Notes under the pieces: generated by a model | The model's input: the letters and a program-made list of their open reading frames with translations, nothing else | What the model was told of the DNA's origin: nothing | The model's database searches: none | Made by a program: the position numbers and the translations under genes | Source: Camelus ferus | Taxonomy: Eukaryota | DNA length: 64,000 nt | Assembly: GCF_009834535.1 (NCBI RefSeq) | Contig: NC_045697.1 | Location: 82,710,001-82,774,000, forward strand | Direction of reading: 5' to 3' | Shown: piece after piece, positions 14,045-26,305 of the stretch | How positions within the stretch are numbered: position 1 is the first letter of the stretch | Layout: every line of letters begins with the position of its first letter

Positions 14045-15073
14045 TAGGGCTGAATTCTTGGGCATGTGACCTGTAGACAGGCAAGAGCAGAGAACCCGGC
14101 ACTGGGAGGGCCCCAGCCTGGTTAATACTCTGTCATTGTCCTAACAGTTTTAATAAATTGATCTCAGAACTGCTGTTTTGCAAGTGAATCTAATAGGACA
14201 ATGGACCAAGCAGAGGAGATACACTCGATATGTGTGTCAGGAATTCCCTGCCATCTCACTTGCATGTGTGCTCAGGAGACCCCGTGAGCACAGGATCCAG
14301 TGGACCCACGGTCCACAGGAAAGAGGTTCACCAAGATTCACGGCAAGTCCAAGGTAAGTGTGTGTAAACTCGAGGCCTGAATCATCCTGGGTACCGACAG
14401 CATCAAGAAACCACGCTTTTCCCCTGAAACAGAACCTGCTTTGAATGCACAAAGAAGGCAATGGGGTTCTAAGCTACATGGATAACCAAGGAACCCTCCA
14501 TATTCCTTCTTACTCATATGTTACTTCCCTATATTAACCAACCCCTTTTGCTGAAATTGATGACACAGAAGGAAAAGGGAAGGTAGGACAACCCTTCATT
14601 CCTTTTCCTCTCAGTTCTTCCTTTCTCATCATCAGAAAGCCGAAAAGGCAGAGGATGGGGGTTGACGGTGAGTGTATAAAGAACTAAAATGAAAACACTT
14701 GAATGAGTTTTGTGTAGTGTTTCCACTGTTCTGGTAAGAATGGAATACACATATAGGTACAAGTTAGGAAACACAAGTGGAGTAATTTTGGTGGTTCTGC
14801 ATGTGAGTAGACGGTAGTGATATTTGTATTTAAAACGGTCATTGTACATGATAGAAATGAATAGTAAAATTCATGTTAATTGTTTAAAATGTTAAATGTT
14901 CTTTACTTAGAGTGACATTAAATAGCAAATAAAAACATCATGAGAAGTCAGAGAGAAAGGGCAGAAAAACCTGGGAAAATCTCTACGTGTTAATACCTTC
15001 AACAGCAGCTTTTCCCTGCATTTTGAACTGTTTCATTTCTCACTGAGCCCCACAAATTGCGTACCTGACCCTG
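14045..15073 (+). mobile_element. MER45-family (hAT-Tip100) DNA transposon, near full length
   Basis: Starts (T)AGGGCTGAATTCTTGGGCATGTGACCTG and ends CACTGAGCCCCACAAATTGCGTACCTGACCCTG; degenerate CAGGG terminal inverted repeats. Confidence 0.75.
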
Positions 15074-16659
15074 ACAGCGTTCTGTGTGGAAAATCTGCTG
15101 ATTCCTGGATTGTTTTGCTCCTACTAATACTACATTTTACCATTGAGGTTAGAATTCTGACAAAGGTCAACTTTGACAACATCAGAGTGTAGACACGCAT
15201 TCTCAAAAGCTGCTGTTGAATAATTAAACATATTCTTGACTTTGGAAATCAAGGTTGTTTAAAACAGCTCCCTTGAGGCCTACTGAAGAGTTTGATGTCA
15301 GTTCTCCTTCTTCTTGGGATTCATTTGGTCTAAAACATTCAGTCTAACCTGAAACAAGCAAAACAGAGAAAAACAAAACAAAACAAAAGCAGAAAAACAC
15401 TGTGCTGTGTTCTGGCCTATATGGAACCCGAACAAATGTAAGCTGATTTCTCAGTGACAATAAAATTGTGGCTATCTGCTCTGTGTATAGCTCAGTAGCA
15501 ACATAAGTAAACTTCGAAAATAGACTTTTCTCTGGATAGAGACAAGGTTGCTATCTATATAATATAACTTTTTATCAAAATGATATTTGAGATGCCCTAA
15601 TATGCTGCAGTATTGTCTTTAACATGTAGTTAACGATAAAGTCTCTCACTTTCGAAATTTTTCTGAAACAAAATTGACCAGTAAAAAAATCATTAAAAAA
15701 AAGTATCTAAGCACTTGTCATTATAGCAACTGGAGAAGCAGTTTCTCGCGTAAATGCCATGCAGCCCATGCTAGCCAAACTCTTTTGCCAAGAGAAATCA
15801 GTAAAATATAAGAAAGCACATTCCAGATGCCTGTTCATGCTGAAGAAGGTGACAGCAAGACTTGTTCAGAGGTTCAGACTTCGAGACCACAGATCCTGGC
15901 AAGGGTAATGTGTCCTAGAGCCCCTCAGTTCCAAATTTTTAAAAAGGATTGGATTCTAATCAGTATCTTAGCACTCCCACAACCTGCCATCCAAGGAACT
16001 TACCTTCACAATCACAATCAGAGGCTCCCTGTTGTTATAGCAGATACGTTTCACAAGGTTGGGAGAGAAGAGATGAACAGAAGATCATGAGTGATGTTTT
16101 TAAAGAAAAGGATGTGTGACGTTTCTGTGTTAGGTCAGAAAAAAAGGCAAGAGCAGGGATGTGTTAGGCAAGCTGCCCAACACACAATGCATCGTGCATA
16201 AATGAGGAGCTGGGCCGTGCTGCGAGGCGCGGTGACTTGGAAACCTGACAGATGAGCACAGCTCCAGGGAGGCAGCTCAGAGTGTGATGCTGGCACCTAT
16301 CACCTGCAGGAAGGCTGGACGCAGCAGCGGATGGCCGTGGTTAACATAACACGTTGCATCAGCCGAGTTTATGGGCTGGCTTCAGAGTAAGTGGATTCTG
16401 CTTCTACATGTAGTGAAATGTCAGATACTGAGATAAGACATGTGAGATTTTCCAATAAACCTGTTCACATTGCTTTCATGTGTGCCCGTTTCTTGAGAGT
16501 ATCTAAAGAATTGTGCCAATTGCAAATAATTTAGTAGGAATCAACTAATTAATATGCTGTCCCAAGTATCCAGAATTCTTTTTTTTTCTTGCTCTGTTTG
16601 TATTAGAGGACTGACAACACCCCTAGATCAATAGATTGATCTATCTATTTATCTATCTA

Positions 16660-18300
16660 TTTTTAATTTTAAAAATCACAGTCAAACATTTTTAACTGTA
16701 CACTTTAGTAGTGTTAACTCTATTTACATTGTTGTGCGACCAATGTCTGGAACTCTTCATCTTGCAAAACGGAAACTCTATACCTGTTGAACAACTCCCC
16801 ATTTCTCATGTACTCATCTCTGCACCACCCCCCACCCCCATATCCTGGCAACCACCATTCTACTTTCTGCTTCTAAGAGTTTGATTCATATGCTGGAACC
16901 ATACAGTATTTTTCTATGACTGCTTATTTCACTTAGCATAATATCCTCAAATTTCATCCATGTTGTAGCATGTGATGACGTGCTTTCTTTTTTTATAAGG
17001 AAGAATACTATTCCACTGTATGTATACACTACATTTTCTTATCCATTCATTCATTCATTGGTGGACCTATGTGTTGCTTCCAACTTTTGCCTTTGTGAAT
17101 AATGCTGCAATGAACATGGGTGTGTAAATATCTGTTGAAGATACTATTTCCAAATTTTTTGGATATACATGTAGAAGTGGGATTGCTAGATCATATGGTA
17201 ACTCTACTTTTAATTTTTTGAGGACCCTCCATATTGTTTTCCACAGAAACTCCCCTGTTTTACATTCCCATGTGAAGTGCATGAGGGTTCCAATCTCTCC
17301 AAATCCTCAACAATACTTGGTATTTTCTGTTTGTTGTTTGTTTTTTTTCTTTTCTGATAGTGTCCATCCTAATGGCTATGAAATGATATCACATTAAGGT
17401 TTTTATTTGCATTTCTCTAATGATTAGTGATACTGAACATCTTTTCACATGGTTCTTGGCCATTTGTATGTCTGCTTTAAAGAAATGCCTAATCAAATCC
17501 TTTGTTCATTTTTTAAATTGAATTATTTGTTTATTTGTTATTGAGTTATAGCAGTTATCTATATATTCTGCTCATTAACCCCCAATTAGTACATGATTTA
17601 CAAATATTTTCTTCTATTTTGTAGGTTGACTTTTCACACCATTGATTGTTTTTGTTTTCTTTATACACAATTTTGAGTTTAATGTCTTATTTGTCTATTT
17701 TTGCTTTCATTTCCTGTGCTTTGATGTCATATACAAGAAATGATTTCCAAATCCAATCTTTAGACTTTCCCCTATATTTTATTCTAGGAGTTTCATAGTT
17801 TTAGGTCTTACGTTTATATCTTTAATCAATTTTTGGTTAAACTTTGTGTATGGTTTAAGGTACAGGTTCAACTTCATTCTTTTGCATATGGATATCAAGT
17901 TTTCCCAGAGACATTTGTTGAAGAAACTGTCCTTTCCCCATTGTGTGGTCTTGGCATCTTTGTAAAAATCATTTGACCATACATGCAAGGGTTTATTTCT
18001 GGGCTCTCTATTCTGTTTCACTGGTTTATGTGTCTGTCTTTATCCTAGTACCACATGCTTTGATTATATTAGCTTTGTAAAATGTTCTTAAATCAGGAAA
18101 TGTGAGATCTCCAACTTTCTTCTTTTTTTAAGATTATCTTGGCTATTTGGAGTCCCTTGAAATTCCATATGAATTTTAGGCTTTTTTCCTATTTCTATAA
18201 AAAAATGTCATTGGGATTTTGATAGGGATTTACTGAATCTGTAAATTGCTTTGGGTAGTACGGACATTTTAACAATATTACATCTTCTAATCCGTGAACA
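16660..18300 (-). mobile_element. LINE-1 3' portion (older L1MA/L1MB-type)
   Basis: Minus-strand ORFs 17779..18021 (QWGKDSFFNKCLWEN) and 17067..17282 (LKVELPYDLAIPLL...PMFIAALF) are the L1 ORF2 C-terminus. Confidence 0.9.
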
Positions 18301-18969
18301 TAGTAGCCACAGAATGTAGAATTCTTAGCATATTCTGCAACTACTACGGAGTAGGATATAAAGATGAATCTTCAAATAGTCCCAGGATTGTTCTCAAATT
18401 TTGCATACTTTTTAAATGTTTATATAGAACAAAAATTACATTTGGTTAAATAAAGGCATCTTTGGGAATCAGACTGTTTTCCTCTATAAAATATGATTCC
18501 GTTTATCTAATTTCAGTTTTAAAGTGCTTTTCTGCATGATAAACAAAACCAGTGTGAAAGGATCCCTACACACACAGCTCTGTCTATGTGTGTGTGTATA
18601 TATAATATATACACACATATACATATTATATATAGTGTGTGTGATCTAAAAAATAAAAAACTTCATTGCTGAGCTTTAAAATAAGATGAAGGAATTTACA
18701 ACTTCCAGAAACAAAATAGAAACTCAGAAAAGCAAAGTTTGTCAATAGGAGCTGAAGTAGAAAGAAGTATGTGATTCTAAAAAACACATATGTATAGGCC
18801 TTAGAGACCAGTTTTAATAACCACACAACATTAGACAATTACTAAGCCTCTTTATTGCAAGGATACAGAAAGACAGTCTAACAGGGATGTGGATGGATGA
18901 AGAATCACAGAGAACCCATGTGAACTGTAAGCTTGCCCCATATGCCTTGTGGGGTCTTAAATAATGCTA

Positions 18970-19412
18970 CTATATCAGTTTCTAAGGGCTGTGGTAACAC
19001 AATACCACTAACATGGTAGCCTACAATGGCAGATATTCATTCTCACACTGTTCTGGAAAACAGAAATCCAAAACCAAGGTGTTGGCAGGGTTGGTTTCTT
19101 CTGCAGATTCTGAGGGAGAATTTATATTTTTCTCTCAGCTTCTGGAGCTGCCCAACAATTCTGGTCTTGTAGTCACATCACTCCAATCTGTCTCCTTCTT
19201 CACATCACCTTCTCTGTATCTGAAATCCATCTCTTATAAGCACATGTGTCACTGGATTTAGGGCCCAATCTACGCCCAAGATGATCTCATTTTGAGATTC
19301 TTCACTTAACTGCACTTGCAAAGATCCTATTTCCAATTAAGATCACATTGACAAGTGCCAGAGGTGATGACTTGGACATGTCTTTTTGAGGCCACTAATA
19401 AACCACTACCAA
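18970..19412 (-). mobile_element. MLT1 (ERVL-MaLR) solo LTR
   Basis: GGCTGTGGTAACA...TTCTCACACTGTTCTGGA...AAGGTGTTGGCAGGGTTGGTT...GGATTTAGGGCCCA. Confidence 0.8.
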
Positions 19413-19724
19413 CATCGTATCAGAATAGGAATCCAGGAATTAACATAATGTCAGTCCAGAATAGTGAAACCTTCAGAACCTAGCAAAGGCAAACACAAAA
19501 TCTTGTCTGGACAACTCAGGATGGTAGGAAGCCCAATGAAAAATGACCTGAATTTACAGTTATTAACCATATGAGAGAAAGGAAAACACAATCTTCTCAC
19601 CTTAAATAAGAAAAAGATTGTGTTTAAAATAGTCAGATGAAAAAGAGACATTCTACTGTCACACTGCATCCTCTTCCAAATGTCCACTGAGGCAAATCAG
19701 GAGAATAGGGCACATTCCTGTCTT

Positions 19725-19850
19725 GATTTTCTTTCTTCACTTTCCCTCTCTCATTCCTACTCCTTGTTCCCTTTCTTGTCTCTCTCTTTCTCCTCCCCAT
19801 CTTCCTTTTTCTCCTCTTCCTCCTTTTCCTCTTTCTCTTCTTTCTTAATT
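19725..19850. repeat. CT-rich low-complexity tract
   Basis: Polypyrimidine run on + strand. Confidence 0.8.
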
Positions 19851-20699
19851 TCCACAAATGCCAGAAATAACTAAGATCAGGACTACATGATTAATGATTC
19901 ACTGGCTATTTTCTGTGCAAAAGCAGTATTTGATTCTGACAGCTGGTTCTGTTCCTTTCTTTTTGCTTAGAAATACAGTGTTTCAAGATTACAGTCTTCC
20001 TGACAAAACACTGCTACTTAATTGCTGACTGGCATCAAAAGAAGTTATAACATTTTAAAATAGAATTTTAACCTTGTCTCAATATACCAAGCTTTTCCAT
20101 GATTTTTCACTGTTATGTTTTGATCAATGTTTCTCCTATATGTATCTTTGGTACCATACCATTGTGTTTAAACTTAGGCATTTCATGAAACTTGTCTTTT
20201 GTATTTGAATGTAATTTTTTTTGTTGTTTTGGCTTTAAGCAAGGACTTATTTTCCTGAGACATAAAAATAGTGTATCTTTACTCGTGTTTTACCTTGTAG
20301 CTATTTATAAATTTATAGTCCAGTGAGTTCAGTGTTTGACTTTACAGTTTCTGAGCTTTCATAAATGTAACATTCCATTATTTTAAAAAATAGATACACA
20401 CAAGTTATCTAATATTACTCCACAAGTTATAACAAATCTGTGGTAAGGAGATGCAGAAAAAAAAATATATGACCCAGACTTGCAGTAAATATTATTTTTT
20501 TTAAACTCTAAATATTAAAAAATTGGAGAGAAGACTTCTCAAGGAAATGCCCTGTCCTTTGCATCACAGCCATTGTATTCCTGGAGTCAAGCCTTGAGCC
20601 AGGGCCTTCCTGATTCTCCAGCTAAACAATTGTTTGTCAAAAAATATTTTCTCTGTAAAATAGCTAGAATGGTCTTGTTATTTACTACCAATCATATTG

Positions 20700-23515
20700 T
20701 TACATAATACCTAGTACCAAATGTGGTTTTGAGCAATCAGCTTTCTAGGCCCATTTATCCAAAATTAGAATTTATCCACTCAAAAAGTGTTCAGCTATAT
20801 TGAAGCTATGCAGTTGCCATTGGGAAATGAGACCAGTAGAGTAAATAACAGGCCGTGCAAAACTTATTTAAATCATTGCCTTGTTCATCTGAAATATAGG
20901 ATGGGTTTAATACACCAGAATGTAGCAACCATGTAGCCAAATTAAAAAACCATGTAGCCACATCTGACTATGTGGTCAGATGACTGCTTTACCTGTGATA
21001 GAGCTCTTAAAAAAGATAACACCTACTTTGCTTGGCTCAGAGCACAGCAAAACTTGAAAATAGTCCATTTGAAGTCACATAACTGATAAACCAGAATCAG
21101 ATGAAGAATTTAATCTTGTGGATTGCTGAGCCACAAAACAGATAGAATTCAGAGTCTGTGAATGTCTAGGAATATGGGGAAGTAAGAGCACTGGATTGGG
21201 AAAGAGTGGGCTGTTCTTGGCTGATAGAAACATTCTTCCTCCCTGCCATTTGAGGCTGTTCCTGTCTTCCATGAGGATCTCATCACATGAAACAGTTTTT
21301 TGCAAGGTAATACCAACCCCTTATGACGCTTGACCAATAAATAGAATCAGAATTGTCTATGTCCTAAGAAATCAATTACTAAATCAAACCTAAGAACAAA
21401 AGAGTTACATGCCAAAGAGATGATAATACTTTATTTCTGTTGGTGATCCTGGCATGGGGGACAGATTTTGATGTTACTAAATAAAGGAGGAGAGAATATA
21501 AATAGGTATGTTCTTATATGTCTTTGAGTGGAGCTCAGAGAAAGAAAAATGTTTTCAGCTGGGCCAGGTTGGAAGAAAGTTGATGTGCTACCTGGCAACT
21601 AAAACCAATCCCATTCAATTTTTTTTTAAAATTGAAATATAGTCAGTTAGGATGTGTCAATTTCTCATGTCCAGTGTAATGTTTCAGTCATACATACACA
21701 TATATATATAATCATTTTCATATTCTTTTTCATTGTAAGTTGCTACAAGATACTGAATATAGTTCCCTGTGCTTATAGAAGAAATTTGTTTTTTAATCTA
21801 TATTTTATATAGTAGTTAGTACTTGCAAATCTCAAATAACATTCAATATTGAACTCAAGCAGGTCCTAGAAACACAAGTAAGTTGCCTGAATAGATGATT
21901 CTTACTCCCAAGGTGTTTCTTCTATGCCATTAACTCTCCCTTAGTACACATAAGTCTTTACAGAGACTTCAATATGACAAGTTTAATGATTTATAGTTTT
22001 TTTTTCATGATGTAATGACATTAGAAATAAACTGCTATTGCCCTTTCTGGGTTCTCCTCACAGATATTAGGAAAGAAAATTCTGCAATGGGCAGTACTTG
22101 GAGTAATAGATCTGGTTTTGTTTGTTTGTTTGTTTGTTTTGCTTTTATTCTGCCTTTGAGGAATTTCTAGGCTGAATCATAGATCTGTATGCTTAGCTCA
22201 TACTATTGGGTCACACAGATGTTTGCAGGTTTGAAAAGAAGAGCAGAAGATTGATGATAAATAGGAAAAGTTATGTAGATGAACCTCCTAGCACGGACTT
22301 TGAGTCTGTTCCATGTGAATGCTCACCAAAGAACAGAAGGTTGTCAAAACTCAGGTAGGTACGGTAACCCAATTTGTGGATGTCCATCACCCTTTTCTCT
22401 GAATCATCTCACATTACTTGGTGGGCTCACAGACAAAAAGACCATGATATTTGAAATAAAGGGCATGCATGGTTTCATCACCATGGTCTTCCTTTCAACC
22501 AGGCTGATCTGATTAATACCACTATTTAGTAATTGGCAGGAGAGAAAAACACTGAGCACTAATATGGCACTACTGAATGACACAGACTGGGAAGGGGAAA
22601 GAGCCTAAAAATGAAGATTGGCTTGTATGTGCGTAGATTCTGATGAAGGTAAAGACCCTGAACCTTTTGATTCTACAAGCCTTCTTTGCCAATAGAAGCA
22701 GCACTTCTCCCCTTGTCTGAGGTGGTTAGTTTACTCCTGCCTGAAGAAACAGTAATAGCCTCCTCTGAGGTAGTTTTCAGGCATGAGACTGCTGATTCAA
22801 CTCATTCCCCCACCACGCAGGGCCCAAGGGGTTCAGGCACAAAGTCTGACTCAGCCAGAGCTAGCACACCAATATGGTACCAAGTCAGAGGGACCATATC
22901 AAAATAATTGCAAGATTTAGCCAAATAATGTAGACAAATTATGAGGAATATGTATGACAGTGAATTCTAGTGTGTTAGGTCAAGGTGGAAAAAATATATA
23001 ATCTTGGATCAATTAAAATGTGTTGACACCATGCACTAAATAGAAATTCTGTAGTCCATGTATCAGAATTAAATAGAAATGCCTGAATCGCTTTGACTGG
23101 CTAATTGAATCCTAGAACCAAAAGGAGTCTATACCAAATAATGATGATACGACAGCGCTTCCTTGCTATAGCAGAGAGGAAGCTGTCCAAAGGCCAATGT
23201 AGATTGGAAGGCTAGAGTATATTATGTAACAACTGCTCACATACCACTTAAATATATATTTCCCTTTCCTGTGATAATGCTTTTCCCAGTGCTTCTACCC
23301 ATGGATTTAAGTTTTTTGATTATCATATTAATCAGCACTGATTCTGATTTAGAAATGCCGCTGATTAGAAAAGTCATTTTGCAACAACATTCAGACAATG
23401 GTCTTAATCTCATGGAATTCATTAGCATAACCACATACTTCCCACCAAGAAACAGCTGGCCTAATATGGGTGACATGAACTACGGAGTATGTGTTACACG
23501 AGATGACAGACATTG
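20700..23515 (+). mobile_element. Degraded ERVL internal sequence (pol, integrase and gag remnants)
   Basis: HVNAHQR (RNase H end) in ORF 22279..22512; integrase N-terminal remnant ~22420-22510; gag-like PLSE..LLPEETVIASSE in ORF 22686..22907; integrase-core-like GGAATTCATT...AGCTGGCCTAAT ~23410-23470. Confidence 0.65.
21620..21839 (-). mobile_element. Short young L1 3'-end insertion
   Basis: Poly-T then antisense of the young L1 3' UTR family; CATTCAAT duplicated at 21612-21619 and 21840-21847. Confidence 0.8.
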
Positions 23516-25844
23516 ACAGGATACACTGTATTTATACCAAATTTCCGTTGCTTTTGGAAAACTAATTCCAGTTCCATTACCCAAAAGCATATTAAAATTT
23601 AAAAGTTTTTTTTTCAGGATCCAATTTCTGTTAGTAAAAACTAACAGACATTATTAATTTATTGTGGAGGATTAGAGATTGTTATTCTATTTTATATAGT
23701 ACAGTAATCATATCTAGATGTTACTCTGTAGTTTGAAAGTGCCTCTCCTTACTTTAGCTAAGAAAAAAGTCAGCATGCATAAGTAACTTATAAAGGAACA
23801 AAATAATGTTCAGAGTAGTTCTTTCATGCACCTAAGTCATACAGCAGATGATCAAAGGCTGTTTTACTTTAATAAAAATATATAGGTCTGCTGCTTTATA
23901 ATTCCCCATTCCCAAACTTTTAAATTCTATCAGGTATATTCACATGTGTAATGATAAAAAGTGATTAAAAGTCCATAATTTATTCTTCAAGATTTGATTG
24001 AAAGGAATATATATTTTAAATTCAAAAGTATTTTTATTCATTATGCAGATAGAACAATAATTTTTACCATGACTTTGAGTGCATCATTCTTCTTTATAGT
24101 GGAATAAAGAAGAGATTTTCCCTGTAGCAAATTAGGTTATGCTCTGTCAGTGCTGGGCTTTTCTCTGAAATATCTGGTCTTAGTTATTTTGGGAAATAAA
24201 TACTCAGAAGAAATATATCCAACCAGATGAACTACTGAGCTCTTATGCTATGGGAATTCCTATATATCTTCCTTGATTATTAATTTTATTGTTTTCATTC
24301 TTTGCTAGGTGAACACTAAACACAACCTCTGTTAACAAAATAAGGGTGAGTAGGTCAAAACAACAAGCAGAGATTTGTGCTACACAAAGTTGGCTTGTAT
24401 GATAATGCTGTTTTTTACCCCCATGAGAATTAATTGTTGCCATATAGAGAGAGAATCTGTATAGAAGAATGCCCATGGGAAAAAATCATCAAGATTCAGT
24501 AATTTAGTGAGTTCGTGAAAGTAAGGAAACTGAACACTTCATCTTTGTAAGACTCCCCACTGCTTTTATATTGCCTGGTCCACAACAGATGACTCACAGA
24601 TGTTTTTCAAAACTTTATGAGAGCTACATCTTGCAAAATGTGGTTCCCCTCTCTATATCTGTGATCACATAAATGCAATTAACATTGATTAATATGACTA
24701 ATTTTTTTTCCACTAGATTCAAGCAACAGTTCCCTGCATGCATCAGGCACTGAATAATTCACCAATGAAAACAAATCTCAAAATTCAGGCAGCTACACCA
24801 CCTCACTACATTGTCCCAGTATTGAAGTAAAAGTTTTTCATTAACTATTATAATTAATCTTCTAAAATATTTCACATGACCTGCACCCCATTCTAATCAC
24901 TACAGACTATGAAATACACCAAAAGGTAAAGAGACGCTAGACTCAAACTGCAAACATTTATTCCCCCAAATGGGTGATTTTATTTAAAATCAGCTAAGGA
25001 AATAAAATTAAGGATGTATCTTAAAACACAAGAGGTCTCCTATGAAATTGATTTTAGTGGTATAAAAACTAATGAGATTTGCAATGACTCCCCTGTCATT
25101 TTTAGACATGCCTTAATAAGATGAAAATATCAAGGGAGAAAAACATTAGGATATAATCACAAAACATTTTCGTTTTAAGAGCACCACTAAAAATAAAGAG
25201 GAATGTTATTAGCAGTGTAATGCTATGCAGAATGCATTTCATTTATATGACACAGTTTGGCTGTACCTATCACTTTGATATGTATTACAGCAGATAGTTT
25301 AGGCCTGTATAATTATCAGTGCAATTTTGCAAAGTAAGGGATTTAAATTAGTTGTTAGATTGGGAATAATAAAATTTCACAAAAAAGATTTTTCTATAAA
25401 TTAAAAATTCACTAGGGAGTTTTTTGGGTTGGTTTCAATTTATCTTAATCATGAAGTAAACACCATGATTTTCATCTATTATTAATATACTTAATAAAGG
25501 AGATAGGGGAGATTTTGATAAGTTTTATAAAATAATAAATACTGTGGTGGCTATTTGTGCTTTATTTTTTAGCAACATGTCAGAAAGTTGGGGATACTCT
25601 GTATTGTATTTGTAGCAGTTTAATACTCTTATTTAGAGAAATGAATCTATTTTAATGTAGAAAAAGCCAACAATTAAACATGTGTGCTTTCTAAAATCTG
25701 ACAGCAATATAGAACAATTGGCCAAATAAATCTTTTCATCAGAAACCATGCAGTAAGATGTATTTGTTAAATCATGTACACAAATCAAGTAATACAATCC
25801 ATGTTTTAATTTAATAACACAAAGCATTTTTTTTAATGTATGTA

Positions 25845-26305
25845 TGATCAGGCCACTCAAGATGGCTGTCCTCTTGCTCTCTGTACATCCCCTGCTCCAC
25901 CAGCGCCTGCTTCACCTACACCTACTCACATGACTAACTTTCCTACATAGCTGCCCCGGGCCCCAGCTGGTGATTGTTCTAACTTTAGATCAGAACTCTC
26001 TTCTGTGCTTACCAAAGGGGTGGTAAGGGACGTGTCCCTTTGTTTATTTCCCTAGTAATGGATGTGCCAACCTGATGTCAATCCCCTCTATAACTGCTAA
26101 CCTCCCCCTGCTCCTGGGGAACAAAGACGGACACCATGTCTGCCGTCCACAGCGCACGGTGAGGAGTTGCTCCAGGACCTTACTTCAGACATGTAAGTCT
26201 ACCCATGAAACCACTGATGACTCTATCATTGAGTCCAAGCTCTTTCTTCGGTCTTCAAGCTGGGTGAGTTATAGGCCTTGTAAGCCGGTGGGGTGCAGCC
26301 CAACA
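25845..26305 (+). mobile_element. ERVL solo LTR (MER54/MER73/MER74-like)
   Basis: TG...CA termini (TGATCAGGCC ... GGGGTGCAGCCCAACA), flanked by a near 5-bp TSD ATGTA/ATGAA. Confidence 0.7.

Noticed and set aside
18580..18645. Palindromic-looking TG/TA/CA tract
   Set aside because: Compound microsatellite; self-complementarity is trivial.
19633..19857. Lys/Arg-rich 74-aa ORF (similar case at 847..1041)
   Set aside because: Translation of purine/pyrimidine low-complexity DNA.
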